A stretch of DNA of 64,000 bases, taken from assembly GCA_002633005.1 (NCBI GenBank), contig NMRA01000182.1:603768-667767 (forward strand). Direction: 5' to 3'. Numbering within the stretch: the first letter of the stretch is position 1; each line of letters begins with the position of its first letter. This document shows positions 50,850-63,600 of this stretch, piece after piece. Under the pieces are notes generated by a model. It saw only the letters and a list, made by a program, of their open reading frames with translations, did not search any database and had not been told where the DNA came from. The position numbers and the translations under genes were made by a program. This DNA comes from Phoronis australis. Its lineage: Eukaryota; Animalia; Phoronida.

Positions 50850-50964
50850 AAAAAGACGAGTGTCGATTTGGAGTAGTGGTTCTCCACATTGCTGTAAAGA
50901 ATCCAACTGCTTTTGTCTCAGTGGAAGTGAGTTTCTGGGTATGCCCACTACACCACGGCTCGCC
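50850..50964 (-). ncRNA. Candidate Pol III small RNA, copy 7
   Basis: Intact outer stems; 2-nt insertion and substitutions in the central loop. Confidence 0.5.
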
Positions 50965-53900
50965 TGGTTATGCTATCAAGAGAAAGTTGTATATGAAGCT
51001 TCGTCTGCTGTTGTGCAATCTAACACAGGAAGTGGTGCAACAGACTACAACCGTGACATCTAGTGGTGAAAGGTTGTACCAGTCGAAATATATTAATACC
51101 GATTTAGTAACAAATGTCTGTGCAATACGGTGCAGTTAGTACGTTTGCAAATCTTTTGTAAGTTTCTGGAATATCTGTTAATGTAAGACTCTGATAACGT
51201 ATAACTGGACGTTTGTTTTCGGACTTTCGTGTTTCTAAAAAGTAAGGAGTTGTGTTGGAAGCATGCACGTGCGTTGTAAAAACAACTAACTTTCTAGAGA
51301 CAGAGCGAAAAATAAATCTTGGATTAGTGTTGAATAGACGAAGAACCAAACGTGAGCGATCAACTTTGACCCCAGTAGCAGCCAAACCGTTCTGTTTGAT
51401 CTGATTACCCTATCTCGTCAGTCTGCGATGAGCAACTTTTCATACGATAGATCTTGTAATAAATGATGAAAAAGACATTTGTCTGCTTCTTCAGAAGCGT
51501 TTGTTATTTAAACTAACCAAAATGCATTAAATTACAATGCTTGAATTAAAACACAATTTAAAATATTTAAACGTTAGTGACGTTTGAACTTGTAATTATA
51601 TTGTGAGCTCTTTAATAAAGTCTCTCCAACAGGGAATAATATGGCCAACGGACATCAGTGGCTTTATCATTTTTCCAGTCAAATACACAGTACCAAATTG
51701 AATGCTTTTCCGCGCTCAAGTTTTGTACCAAAGCTTAGCCATCAGATAATGTTTTGAAAAACTAGGGTCATTCACAACTATGTTAGAACCCCTGGAAAAA
51801 TGAAAATAGGCAGTTTTGGCAATTTATTTTGTCCAAAATTGGTGAGATTTTACCGTATCCTGTCGAGATGCATGGCCTAACTAGAGTTTATGGCTCTTTG
51901 CTGGTGCTTTGTGCATGATGAACCATGGATAATGAGGTGCACGAATCTTCCTCTTGAATCTATCAGCTCTGTGTATTGGACATTCAGGATAACTAGACGT
52001 CTAATACTGCGCACTCAAACCTTGTGTCACGTAACAGCTCATGAGTGCATGTGTTTTCTGTTACAGAGTCCTGCCCCACGGCCTGACTCATCCTTCAGCA
52101 GTCAGCTCAGTAGCTCAGCTTTGGTCAGCAGTGGCTCAAGCCTGTCCCCAACAAAGTCCTTGAGGTCAAGACGAAAGGTACGTGCCTCTTGGATCCGAGA
52201 TGCCATTCACTAAATGTGTAAAGACAACCACAGCTGATTTTCTTGTAGAAAGCTCCAATTTAACCTTGAAACACTAACACTTTGAACGCGCATACACTAA
52301 TCTTATGAATCTTAGTTACTCAGAGGTCACGTATTGAAAAGCGAAACGGTCGTATTATAGAAAACAATTCGAAATTGAATCAATGAAACGTAAATGACCT
52401 TAGTAGTTTTTGGAACCATATCAAGAAATTAGGACCTAACAGAGCATAATATTTGCTTTGGAGGTTTGTGGTAATGACTATGAAATTTTGACTGAGATTA
52501 ATCGAGTTTGAAAAAAATGGCCCCATAGTCTTACCTCTCTTTTCAGCAAACAACTCTCAACTAAATAATTTTTGTAGTAATTTTTGTAACAATCTTCTGG
52601 CGAAAGTCGTACTTTTTAAGGTAAGCACCAAGTGAAGAGTTTTTCGTGTTCATTAGTTCCGTACCACAATTACCACTGGACAATATTTTGACAAACTGGT
52701 GTCATTCACATTTGTTTAAAAACTGAGCCCTTGAAGAATGAAAAAAAAGGTAATCATGGGAATTCTTTTTGTTGTAACCTTGTAAGATTTTACTATAGTA
52801 TTAATGTTGCACTTCTGTGCGTGGTGGTGTCTCATCAAGTCTTCAGGCAGAACCAGAACGTTTTAAGGCACTTCTTGACAAGAAATCCACTGAAAACTAA
52901 ATGCAGTTCAAATCTTAAACCTTGAATGAATTCTATCCGAGCTGCATAGAATATTTATGATACTATGAAGGGTTTTCTATTGATGTACCACTCACACTGC
53001 AAGTTACCCTAGAACACTTGCCCTATAGCAAGTTGCCCCTGTAATCTGCCGTGCGTCCACACTACACACTCTTCACCATGCAACAAATGGCGCAAATATA
53101 TAAAATATATTGCACCAAATTATTGCATTACCGTGTTCAAAGTTTATGTGATATCTGCCATCACACAAAGTGCTGAAAACTTCTGGGCACTTACCACAAT
53201 GTAAGACCACCTTGAAAATGTCCACACGCCCGAGTTGCTCTAGAACAACGTCACTTCTAGAGTGAGTTGGTAGTGAGGTCATAGTTTGTGTTACTTTACC
53301 TTATCGAGGTATGACAACTTGTTCTAATCACAGTTTTGACATAAAACTGCAGACAGGACAGAAATACGAGCTGCTCAATTATTTACACAGTGTTTGTACG
53401 CTAGCATGGAATAACGCAAAATGTATATTGGAGAAAATGAAGCATATCTGTAGGTTGTTTATCAATGGAAAATACGCTAAAATTACCAAGAAATGAAATG
53501 AAATGAAGATTTTTATTTCTTTAGTTTTAGTTCTTACAAAAGTTGCATATAAAGTGGTGCACCCTTAAAGTCAATGTTTGTCTTATTAATAGCTTGGTCA
53601 AGTCAAACAAGACACAGTCTCCGGCCAACACTGAATACTTGTTGGTGTCTTCTTTTTGTGCAATGTCACGGTGTCCCTCGGGTGTCAGGTGGGAATGCCC
53701 AGCTGATTGATTGCTAGATATTCCGGTGGCAAGATGTTTGAAGGTTACTCATAGTAGGAACATGACTTGTAGAGAATGTTCAGTGTTACAATATTTACAG
53801 TACAACTTCTGAGTTTAATAAATTACATTGTAACTAGAATAAACATGGTATCTTATGGTCATCGTTCTTATTTTGGTAGAGTGGCAATCGACTGTCATGT

Positions 53901-56900
53901 GACTTGGCGTCATCCAATGGCATTACTCCTGCTCACATAAAAGAGGCCGTTCGACGGTACAATACTCACCTGTCTCCATTCGTTCTGTATGCTGTAAGTA
54001 TTGAAATAATCGAGCCTGGAAGATTTCACTAACTAGATGTCATTTGTTGTATATCATGCCAGTCTGTATATCATGCTGAAAAGTTTGTGTAAATATCGAA
54101 CTAAATTTAGAGACCACAGGGGAAATCTCTCAATTGTTAGGAAGAGCAATTAAGTCAATCAAATGTGCAGTCTATTTCTTTAAGATCTAGTCGAGGCAAG
54201 AACTGGATCAGTATCTCTTTGCATGCAACCTGGTCAAGAAAATGTTGAAGTAACTGATCAGACAAAAACGTACTCTTGCATGATTTTTTGTGTCTTCATA
54301 AATCACAATGAAATGTATTAATGCATGGAAGGCCCCAAAAACTGATTTTGCTCAAATCAAGGTACCAAAAGTCATATTTTATGATAAAAAATCTCAGCAA
54401 TTAAGGACACGACATTGCCACACCTCAAATTTTATTTTACTATTGGTTCATATAAGATAAATATCACCAAATTCATACTTTGTCATGTTCAAGTTGTGTA
54501 TGATATCAACCATGTACAAACAAAAACCTTTGAGCACTCACAACAATGTAAGAAGACTTCTGAAAAATGGGAAAGGAGCAATTTTGACAATTATTTTTGT
54601 CAGTAATGGGTGAGATTTCAACATACTAAATTTTCACGTTGTTAAACTGTGTGCTTTTAAAATTCTTTTTGATCGGAAATACACGTGCCTGAAAATAATG
54701 ACCAGTCTTCTGATTGCCATAACTTCATTTCAAATATGAAAATTTCCGGACAAAACTTGAAATTCTATTTATTCCATTAATTTCTGGGTTTTTCTTTGAA
54801 GGCTCATTTCTGCTGAGAAAACGACTGTCAAAAAATAGAGACTTTAAAGCTATGATCATCAACCCTATTTTGGTTTTAAAAACATCAACTTTCTTGTCAG
54901 GCGTATTTGCTCCTCCAAGGCATAATGTCATTGTGTTCTTATCCTTTGTTTGACTAGAAATTTGTTGATAATAAGTCACCTGCAATATACCTGACAGTCA
55001 CACTGCCTTAAGTGTTGTCAGTGTTGTTACATTAGAACAAGTTACTCATAAAAAAGTTGTTGCTAGGTTCGGCGGCTGTCTGGACGCTGTTTTAAATTAA
55101 TGCAGCTTACTCTTTTTGTAACAACTTACTCCACCTTATCGAGGTAGGGTAACTAATATTCTGGGGTAACTTGCACTACTTCTAAACATTGAGTAGCCAT
55201 AAACCTGGGGCAAGGCGGAAGTAATTATCATCTGTTCATTGTCATGCAACAACTTCCACTGAGTGTGTGGACGCTCTACTTACTGAGTGGGGCAAGTTGC
55301 ATTAGTGCAAGTTGTTCTAAGGTAAGTCTCTTACACCACTGAAATCAAGCCACCATGACCAGCAACTTATAATGGTTCTCACAGTTGAGCCATTGATAAA
55401 CTGTCAAGCCCCAAACCATTTCCAATCAGAGTAAGAACAAGATGAGGCAGCATTGATAACAGTAAATGACGTAAATCAAAAGTTGTTTTTTACAAAAAGC
55501 ACAGCTAGGATTATTGTACTTTTAAAATTTTCATCTTATTAAAAGCCTCAAGTGAAAACCTCAGATCTATCTGTAGCTTGCGGAATGAATGAACAAAATA
55601 TTTTATGTGTCTAGCAGTTAGGGCGATCTCTTTTTAGGAAAAAACCAGTGATGTGACTACAAACAAACATGCATTGTTTTCCTTCACGTAACATATTTTT
55701 GTGACGGATTAAAAAATATCATTTTGTGTAAGGGCAAGCATTTACTTTAGGTGACTCTAACATTCAAGGTGTAGATCTCAAGTTGTTTCAATTTCGCCTG
55801 TTGTTAATACAGAAGATGTATATGGTGTTATTTCATGTTAATGTCAAGAGTGTGTGTAGTGTAGGGTGTAGTGATAATATAAATATTTTTTACCAGGGTT
55901 GGGGTCTTAATCAAGCTTGAAATTACATTTGACATTTTGCGTTCTACTTGAGTGCAAACTCCAGATAAGTCTCTGTTATTCTGTCCTTGAGTGTCTTATG
56001 GTTTATATAAATGAGCGTCTAGTTCAAGTTTGCCCTTGATGACCCCCTAGATTTAAGCCACAGGTAATGAAAATTTTAAAATTCATGTAAAAACTCAAGA
56101 TTTCGAGTTCAGACTGATAGCTTTTATGTTGGAGTCATCAAGTACAACTTGAATTAGACAGTCATCCACGTCATTCATTATGTACTCGAGCTCAGAATAC
56201 TAAGATAAGAGAGAGTACTTCTTTTATGAAAAGTGTTGACTAGTCGTACATTCATTAATTTCCTGGTCTGTTGTTCAATCTCTCTGCAGTCAAGAAGTCT
56301 GTGACACTTCTCCACAGTAAAAATTACTCATGCACGGAGCAGCAGCTTTAAAGATTAGTCTAAAAGTGGCTATAGTGAACTTAGTCTAAGTGTGGTATAG
56401 TGAATGTCAGACGATTGACTGTGGGTTTGTTTAAAAGGTAGCTATGCTTTGAGATTGTGTGTAGATGGTGAGTGAATAATCAAATCCAGCAATTAATTTA
56501 TTATATGATAACCCCTAATATGACAAGTGAAACCTATTGTTAATTAAGTAATCAACTACAAAGAGTAACTACTCTAGCGCCCTCTTTAAAGATTACTTTA
56601 ATCAATCAACCAAAATAATCAAATGTCTTATCTGCTATCCAAGCTAGGACTCTCCACTTGTTGGATGTCTGTCCTGTTGGTGAATCTTTGAACTACACAC
56701 ACTTTATAGCGACAGTGTACTTGCTGGTCACCATCTCTGGTGATGAACACTTGCAAGGCAATTTCTTCTACCCGCGATTCTTCTTGCTGGTCACAGTCTC
56801 TGGCTGATGACGCAACACTTCAGGTAGTACCTTACTACCCACAATGCAAGTGACAAGCTCTTAGTTAACTTCCTGTTCGTTAACCCTTGCCCTTGCCAAG

Positions 56901-57182
56901 ATCCTTTCTAGAATCTTCCACGAAATGGCTCTGTCGTACAATTTTCTCTGTACACTGTAGCAAGTCTTTATGCTTAGCTCATCTAATTATCTTGTTGATT
57001 TCAGCTCATAATATAACATTCTACTTATTTAGTGATTGGCTAATAAAACCACATGATCATATCCAATCATATTATTGGCTGTTACAATTTGTCCTCAGAA
57101 TTTTCTAGAATCTCTAGAGTACTTTGACCCCAGAACCCGGCCAAAGTTGTAAACACCATCTAAAAATAGATTTTGATGTTAA

Positions 57183-58422
57183 AAGGGAACTGTATTTTAT
57201 TCTAAATAAATTCTGGATAGTTTTCTATGAATTGTTGATTAATTTCACAAATAATTCAACACCAAAAATTAAACTTAATGTTCTCTAACGAAGCTCAAAA
57301 AATTACCGGCTTGGAGCGCTGCTTAGTCTCGTGACGTATTTGGCGGGGGCAAGGTCACTGTCCTGTGTTAGCGTGCAATCAAGTAGCGTTTTTTATATTG
57401 TCGGAATAAGAAATTTTAGTGTGAAATTTCGGGTCACAAGGGATACCTGTTTGAGCCAAGGCAACACAAAGTGNNNNNNNNNNNNNNNNNNNNNNNNNNN
57501 NNNNNNNNNNNNNNNNNNNNNNNNNNNNNNNNNNNNNNNNNNNNNNNNNNNNNNNNNNNNNNNNNNNNNNNNNNNNNNNNNNNNNNNNNNNNNNNNNNNN
57601 NNNNNNNNNNNNNNNNNNNNNNNNNNNNNNNNNNNNNNNNNNNNNNNNNNNNNNNNNNNNNNNNNNNNNNNNNNNNNNNNNNNNNNNNNNNNNNNNNNNN
57701 NNNNNNNNNNNNNNNNNNNNNNNNNNNNNNNNNNNNNNNNNNNNNNNNNNNNNNNNNNNNNNNNNNNNNNNNNNNNNNNNNNNNNNNNNNNNNNNNNNNN
57801 NNNNNNNNNNNNNNNNNNNNNNNNNNNNNNNNNNNNNNNNNNNNNNNNNNNNNNNNNNNNNNNNNNNNNNNNNNNNNNNNNNNNNNNNNNNNNNNNNNNN
57901 NNNNNNNNNNNNNNNNNNNNNNNNNNNNNNNNNNNNNNNNNNNNNNNNNNNNNNNNNNNNNNNNNNNNNNNNNNNNNNNNNNNNNNNNNNNNNNNNNNNN
58001 NNNNNNNNNNNNNNNNNNNNNNNNNNNNNNNNNNNNNNNNNNNNNNNNNNNNNNNNNNNNNNNNNNNNNNNNNNNNNNNNNNNNNNNNNNNNNNNNNNNN
58101 NNNNNNNNNNNNNNNNNNNNNNNNNNNNNNNNNNNNNNNNNNNNNNNNNNNNNNNNNNNNNAAAAAATAAGGACGTTTGATACAATGATAAATTACGATG
58201 TAAACTCTTCAAATATGACATAAGCAATGAATGTGCAAAGCAGCCGATACCCCGCCGTTCACGTCACTGACACATCAGCCAATCAGCGATCGCTTTCAGA
58301 ATTTAGTGTTTTGACCATGAATACGATTTGGCTTTTGTTTGGCACGCAAGTCAGGCAAATGTGAGTGTTATTCGTATGTTAGAACCGATTAACTGCAACA
58401 TTATTTTGACTACAGTCCCCTT
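57183..58422. mobile_element. Kolobok-type element nested in the LTR, spanning a gap
   Basis: TTAA|AAGGGAACTGTA...TACAGTCCCCTT|TTAA (11/12 TIR match, TTAA TSD). Confidence 0.7.
57474..58161. other. Assembly gap (N run)
   Basis: Run of n. Confidence 1.
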
Positions 58423-60699
58423 TTAAAGTACATGTCAACAAGTCTGACCCCATGATTTAAAAGTACATATGCACAAATTTTGGGCAACTTAAAATGGATC
58501 TATTCTTACTAATTAATTAATATTTATTGTGACAGTGAACTTAGTCTAAGTGTGGTTATAGTGAACTTAGTCCGCTGCTCTAATAGAAGATGCGTAAAAT
58601 CAGAAGTAGAGATAAAATCCCACGGAGGAATCTAAAGAAGTGTATTACTTGAAGTCATGAGTCAAACTTTGTCTGTTGCTTAATAAAACAATTATTTTGA
58701 ATTGAAAATTTGTTGTTAACGATTTCAGAAACAGCCAGTAGGTGGTGCCAGACCTCGTCTTTTCTGCTGCTAATGAAGACCAAAGATATAGAACCAGTCA
58801 CCAAAATACATTGTGTGTTCAAGAGTTTTAAGTTAGCATAATTTACTCTTTGAAAGTGATATTTTGTTACAATCCTTCCACTGCCTTCACAAAAATTACC
58901 TTATTTACTTTATCAAATTGGGCTAAGATTTTCATTCCTGTGGCATGCATGACGAACCTAGTCCTGGTAAAAGTCAACCGTCCGATGATGCCCATCCAAC
59001 GGAGTTTGCTAATGCGAACAGTGGCACTGAATTCAGTTCAGTTGCTTGGCTTGCTTGGTCACCTATGTAACCCTTTATGACACCTCATTATGTAGTAAAA
59101 CTATGTGTGCCTGTTGACTGTTAGCAGCCCACCATCAGATGGCTCTCTATTGTGTTGGCAAGGAATGGGGTAATTTGATTTTGGCTTGAATTTTCACCTG
59201 TCTGTACTAGGTCCCTCATGGGTACCATCTGAATTGAATGGACTTAACTATGTTATGTCAGGAATGTACTTCTTTCAGAGGAGATAATAACTTTTGATCC
59301 TTTTTACTTCCTGATGCCCTAGATCATGTGTTTGAGTGTGTAATATTTTCTGTCATTGTGTAGAGCCTGGTTGAGTAACTTGAACCTAGTAATTGATAAT
59401 AGTATTATTTGCAATATGGAGGGTGACTTAGAAGGAAATTGTTGTTTCTTCTTGAGGTTTGTCATGCATTGGTAGTCAGGTAAGGGACTACTTGCTGTTG
59501 ATGTATATGCACAACTATTTTTGAATACTCAGGAAGGAATGATGAGCAAATAATTGCCACATTGTGATAGTTTGCAGTGTGTACCAAGACCTTCGGCTTT
59601 AGTACTTAAGTGGTCGCTTTTGTCATTCTGCCACGACATCTAAATTTGTAAATATTACATTAATAAAAAAATCTAAATTTGAATCTGTCATGAGAACTCC
59701 GATACCTTGCTCCTAAAATTCGTACGTGCTCTCTAGCGCCACAATTAACTATCCAGTCTGTAACGCACCTGACAATGTAACATCTTATATATGTTACACT
59801 TTAGGCCTATGGCCATATGTATATATTTCAATAAAGAAACTTAAAATAATTAGCAACTTTTATATTGTTAAAACAGAAGTAGTGAACGTCTGCTTGTTTT
59901 TTCCACATGCATACAGCTACAAGTCACTTACAATGGTGCCACATTTTGAAAACCAGTTTTCTCCACTGGATATCAGGCATCAAACTGGTTCTCAAGGATG
60001 GGAAGGATGGGGGGGGGGGGGTTGTAAGTTTGTAAGTAAGTATTGCCTATGTACATGTGTAATGCTTTTGCCCTGTATTTGTTGCCGAAAGGTGCCAGTC
60101 TGTAGCGTGACTGCTCTTGTTTTGATATTAGCATCAGTGAAGTGTACTGCCTATCTGTGGTGAAACTGTGATTATTCCTAAAGAGGTGGTTAGCCATACA
60201 ATTTTGACCGTTGTTTTTGTGAAGCTGAGCAAATCATGCAGTAGTCAGCTGTTTGGAACTGTCCTCCAAGTTGTCTTTTAGATGTCTGAACAGTTACATT
60301 CTACAATATGTGAATGGTACTGATTTTGCTCTCTATGTTAAAAATCACCATTCTAATGCATGAGTGTTGACACCTGTACAGTCTTCTGTAATTTTTTAAA
60401 GTAAATTAAGGTCAGGCAATGGGAGAACTGTCTTCATTATTTTGGAAAATATAGACATTTTAAATGTCTGCCTTTTTTATTGCTGCACAAATAAATGACT
60501 TAAATAGAAATATTTAACCCAGAAAGCGAAGCAGTTACCGGTTCCTAGCTTTGTCTCAATTATCCATTTTAATTAAAATTGATGATACTGGGTTCTCTGA
60601 TTTAATTCTTAAAAAAGAAACTAAAAGGTGCTATAAACTTGTTGTCTGCCATCTCAGTTACTGAGCATCCAAGAACTTTGAGTTGTTCCCAAATTCAGA

Positions 60700-63600
60700 A
60701 ATCATTTATAATCTGAATAATAGTCTAGACGCATTTCCTGAAAAGAGCCCTGTATAAGGTTCTAGAAGCATTTTTAGTAAAAGTTGGGAACAAGACTTTT
60801 TCACACAATCAAGGCATGGCGAATTCAACTAAACCTGTTCCCAAGCCGAATTTTGCATTTTTGTCCATCTAATTAGCATAAACAAAATGGCGGCCAAATT
60901 GTCAAGTTCAGATGTATTTTTGTATTAGAAATCACAATATACCATTTAAAATGGTGAAATGTCTCACCTGTACACTTCTTATAAATACTTCTTGAGCAAT
61001 AGATCACTTATGAAAACTAAAAAATGCAACTCTAAAATCTAATTATGCAAATTAGGTGCCGCCATAACCATACAATGTAATTTGCGTCTTAAGTTTGTGC
61101 TCCTGCAGGCTAACTTGAAAAATGAAGTTTTTATACTTATATTTTCATGGTCAACAAACATGCTAAAGATATTTTTGGAGCAATTTATTTCATATTTATT
61201 GGGTTATAGATGTATACTTACAGAATGTGGAAAAAATAGTCGCTAATCTGAAATGCTCGTTAAGCAAGGTGTCACAATTTTGACGGAATATAAGGACAAA
61301 TGTTCGCACTATCCCGTTATCTTCCATTCTTAAAAAAAAACAATTTAGCTATTCTTATTGAAGACATTAGATTCCCTGTTGCATGAATTGTTTTCACGCC
61401 TGTTGAACACAGTTTTAGCGTTCACTTTTTGATACTTTTTAACATGCCTGAAGCCTGGCAAATCAAACAGTTTGCATACAAGGAATCTGATCATGAATGT
61501 GCTGCTGGCATGTGCATAATGATATGAATCGAAATCCAGATTGCTTGCATCTGCATTGTCTACTGTTGCGTTGTTTCTGGCATGTACACAATACCATCTC
61601 TAGGCAGCTATCTGGGATTTTACTCTGTGTCATCAGCATGGGCTGCAAGCATAAGTTTGTGTGTGTCCCTCCCATATCAGAGGGTGCTAGGAGCTCAGGT
61701 ATGGAACAATGATCATTTTGCCATACTTGACCTGATAGTGCACTCTCATCAGATGGAAACGGCGGGCATTATGCATTGGGGGAAGGACTTTTGTGTTCAC
61801 GGGCTTGGAGAATAGTACATGGCGTGCTACATCTACAGGTCTGTTCTGGTCGTGTTGTATATTCTGCAGACAAATACTTCTGAAGCCATCGTAATTTTCT
61901 CAGTGAGTTCACCAATGCAGAGGTTCTTGAGCAATCTAGGAATAATGCTCTAGGAACACCTTCCATGTTGATTGTTTCATGTGATTGGCAAAGTACGAGT
62001 TGGTGCCAAACCCGGTCACGCCATGAAAAGCAAACAACGAAGTTGCTAAGTCTCGTAGTAGTTTGTTGAAAAGTGCTTCAGTAGGTATATATGACATCAG
62101 TAAGATATGCTCACGTTGCATTTGTTGGAAGTGCCATACCAGAAGCAGAAGAACATCGGGTGACCCTGGAAAACACGACTGACTGTGGACAGCATGCAGT
62201 ATCAATCTTGTATCTGGATCTTCATTTGTGGATTTCAGAGTCCTCAAATCAGTCATATCCTTAGATGATTTAATTGACTTTCAGCTCATCTTTGAACCCT
62301 CCGGCAACCATAACCTCTTTATCTTCAGGTGTCTACAAACACAGTTCCTCTGACAAGAAATGTGCTAGGTCTGCTTTATTCTCAGCCAGTATCCGAAAAT
62401 TTGACCAGTTTTGAGGAAGAGGTACATCACGGCCTTCCAAAAATCACCTGATTTACCGTGTTCCTTTACTGCGCTGTTTTTTTTGTTGTGTCCTTCATTG
62501 TTTCTTGTCTGTATCTGTCGAATACAATATCAATTTTATGATATCGAAATTCTGTGTTTAGCACTGTTTTCATGAATGAATCAGCCAGATCTTCGAAGGT
62601 CACATCACCATCAGGCTTCCCAAGAGTTACCAGCAATGCTTCGCTATCAATAATGAGGCAAGCGGACGTGTCATGAAGCTGAATTGCTTCAGGACAGTAG
62701 ACGTGATAGCTACTAATACTTCGACAAGTGAAGATTTATATCCAGTGCGCAATGTACCACTCGCTTCTGCAAGACAACATGGACTGGAAGAAGCTCGCGT
62801 TTGAGCACAGATGGCAAATCAACTGGCCGACCCGCTTCATAAGCCGTAGCTAGACAGCGAAGTATATCCCTGTCTACCTTAATAACTATATGATATCTCA
62901 GATGCAATGAGAGTGTCCACCTCCATAGAGCTGACGTGGTTTTGGTATTAACGATGATGCCACCTCTGTTTTCCTGCCCCATCTACCCATTGGTCAGAAT
63001 CTACCTGACAGAGCATATGAGGAGATCGCTTGACTACAAAATTCCTGCTTGAACCTCTGACCAAACAGACTGTGGAAGCTGATGCATCTCGACTAAAAAG
63101 ACCGCACCCCACTCGGGCATAATTCGGTGGGGCAGCATGAGAGTAAATGAATAGAGATGCAGTTCCCAAATGCCGTCCCGTTGAGAGCATTGTGTACTTT
63201 AACAATATTAGAACCATGTCCATGTAACTCCACCAGAAGCTGAAATTCACATCATCAGACTTAATGTTGACAATGTTATCAATTCCGGAATTTTCTGTGG
63301 ATCATCTGCAGACATACTGGAAATACAAGCATGACAGTCGCTTCTGCAATGAACGAGAGAAGGCTTGGCACCAGAAGATGCCACAGAGCTTGCAAAGACA
63401 GTTTGTTTGCCCTCATACTGTAGCTTTGCTGTACGACTTTCCACTGAGGACCAGTTCCATATGTCTTGACCAAGTACTGCACTCTCTATTCACACCTCAG
63501 CTATTCCGGAATCACTCGTGTGATCTTCTATGGCCTTGATGAAGTTCACTGATACGTGAAGTACCACTAAACGAGGTACTGTATTAACATATTTTGGTAT

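Larger units (their letters stand above)
41650..51597. repeat. Tandem array of 7 units (~720 bp and ~950 bp types) with a conserved ~210-bp core, interrupted at 45631-49602
   Basis: Core recurs at 41864, 42583, 43531, 44486, 45196, 49901 and 50850. Confidence 0.95.
56405..58534 (-). mobile_element. Solo LTR (~0.9 kb without the nested insert)
   Basis: TGTCAGA...TGTGACA termini, 5-bp TSD GTGAA, absent from copies A' and B. Minus-strand AATAAA near 56500. Confidence 0.8.
52067..58773 (+). pseudogene. Probable 5'-truncated duplicate of the two putative terminal exons (52067-52177, 58729-58773)
   Basis: Same splice sites as in copy A/A'. The duplication starts inside the preceding intron, so upstream exons are missing. 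Confidence 0.35.
51598..59878. repeat. Segmental duplication copy C, direct orientation
   Basis: Colinear with 1681-5340 joined to 6491-9033. Has a private LTR insertion and diverges from A'/B ~45 nt after the AATAAA. Confidence 0.95.

Noticed and set aside
42536-51139. Recurrent short ORFs across the array (SSGSPHCCRESNCF...)
   Set aside because: Starts, stops and frames differ between copies and indels break the frame. They are by-products of nucleotide-level conservation.
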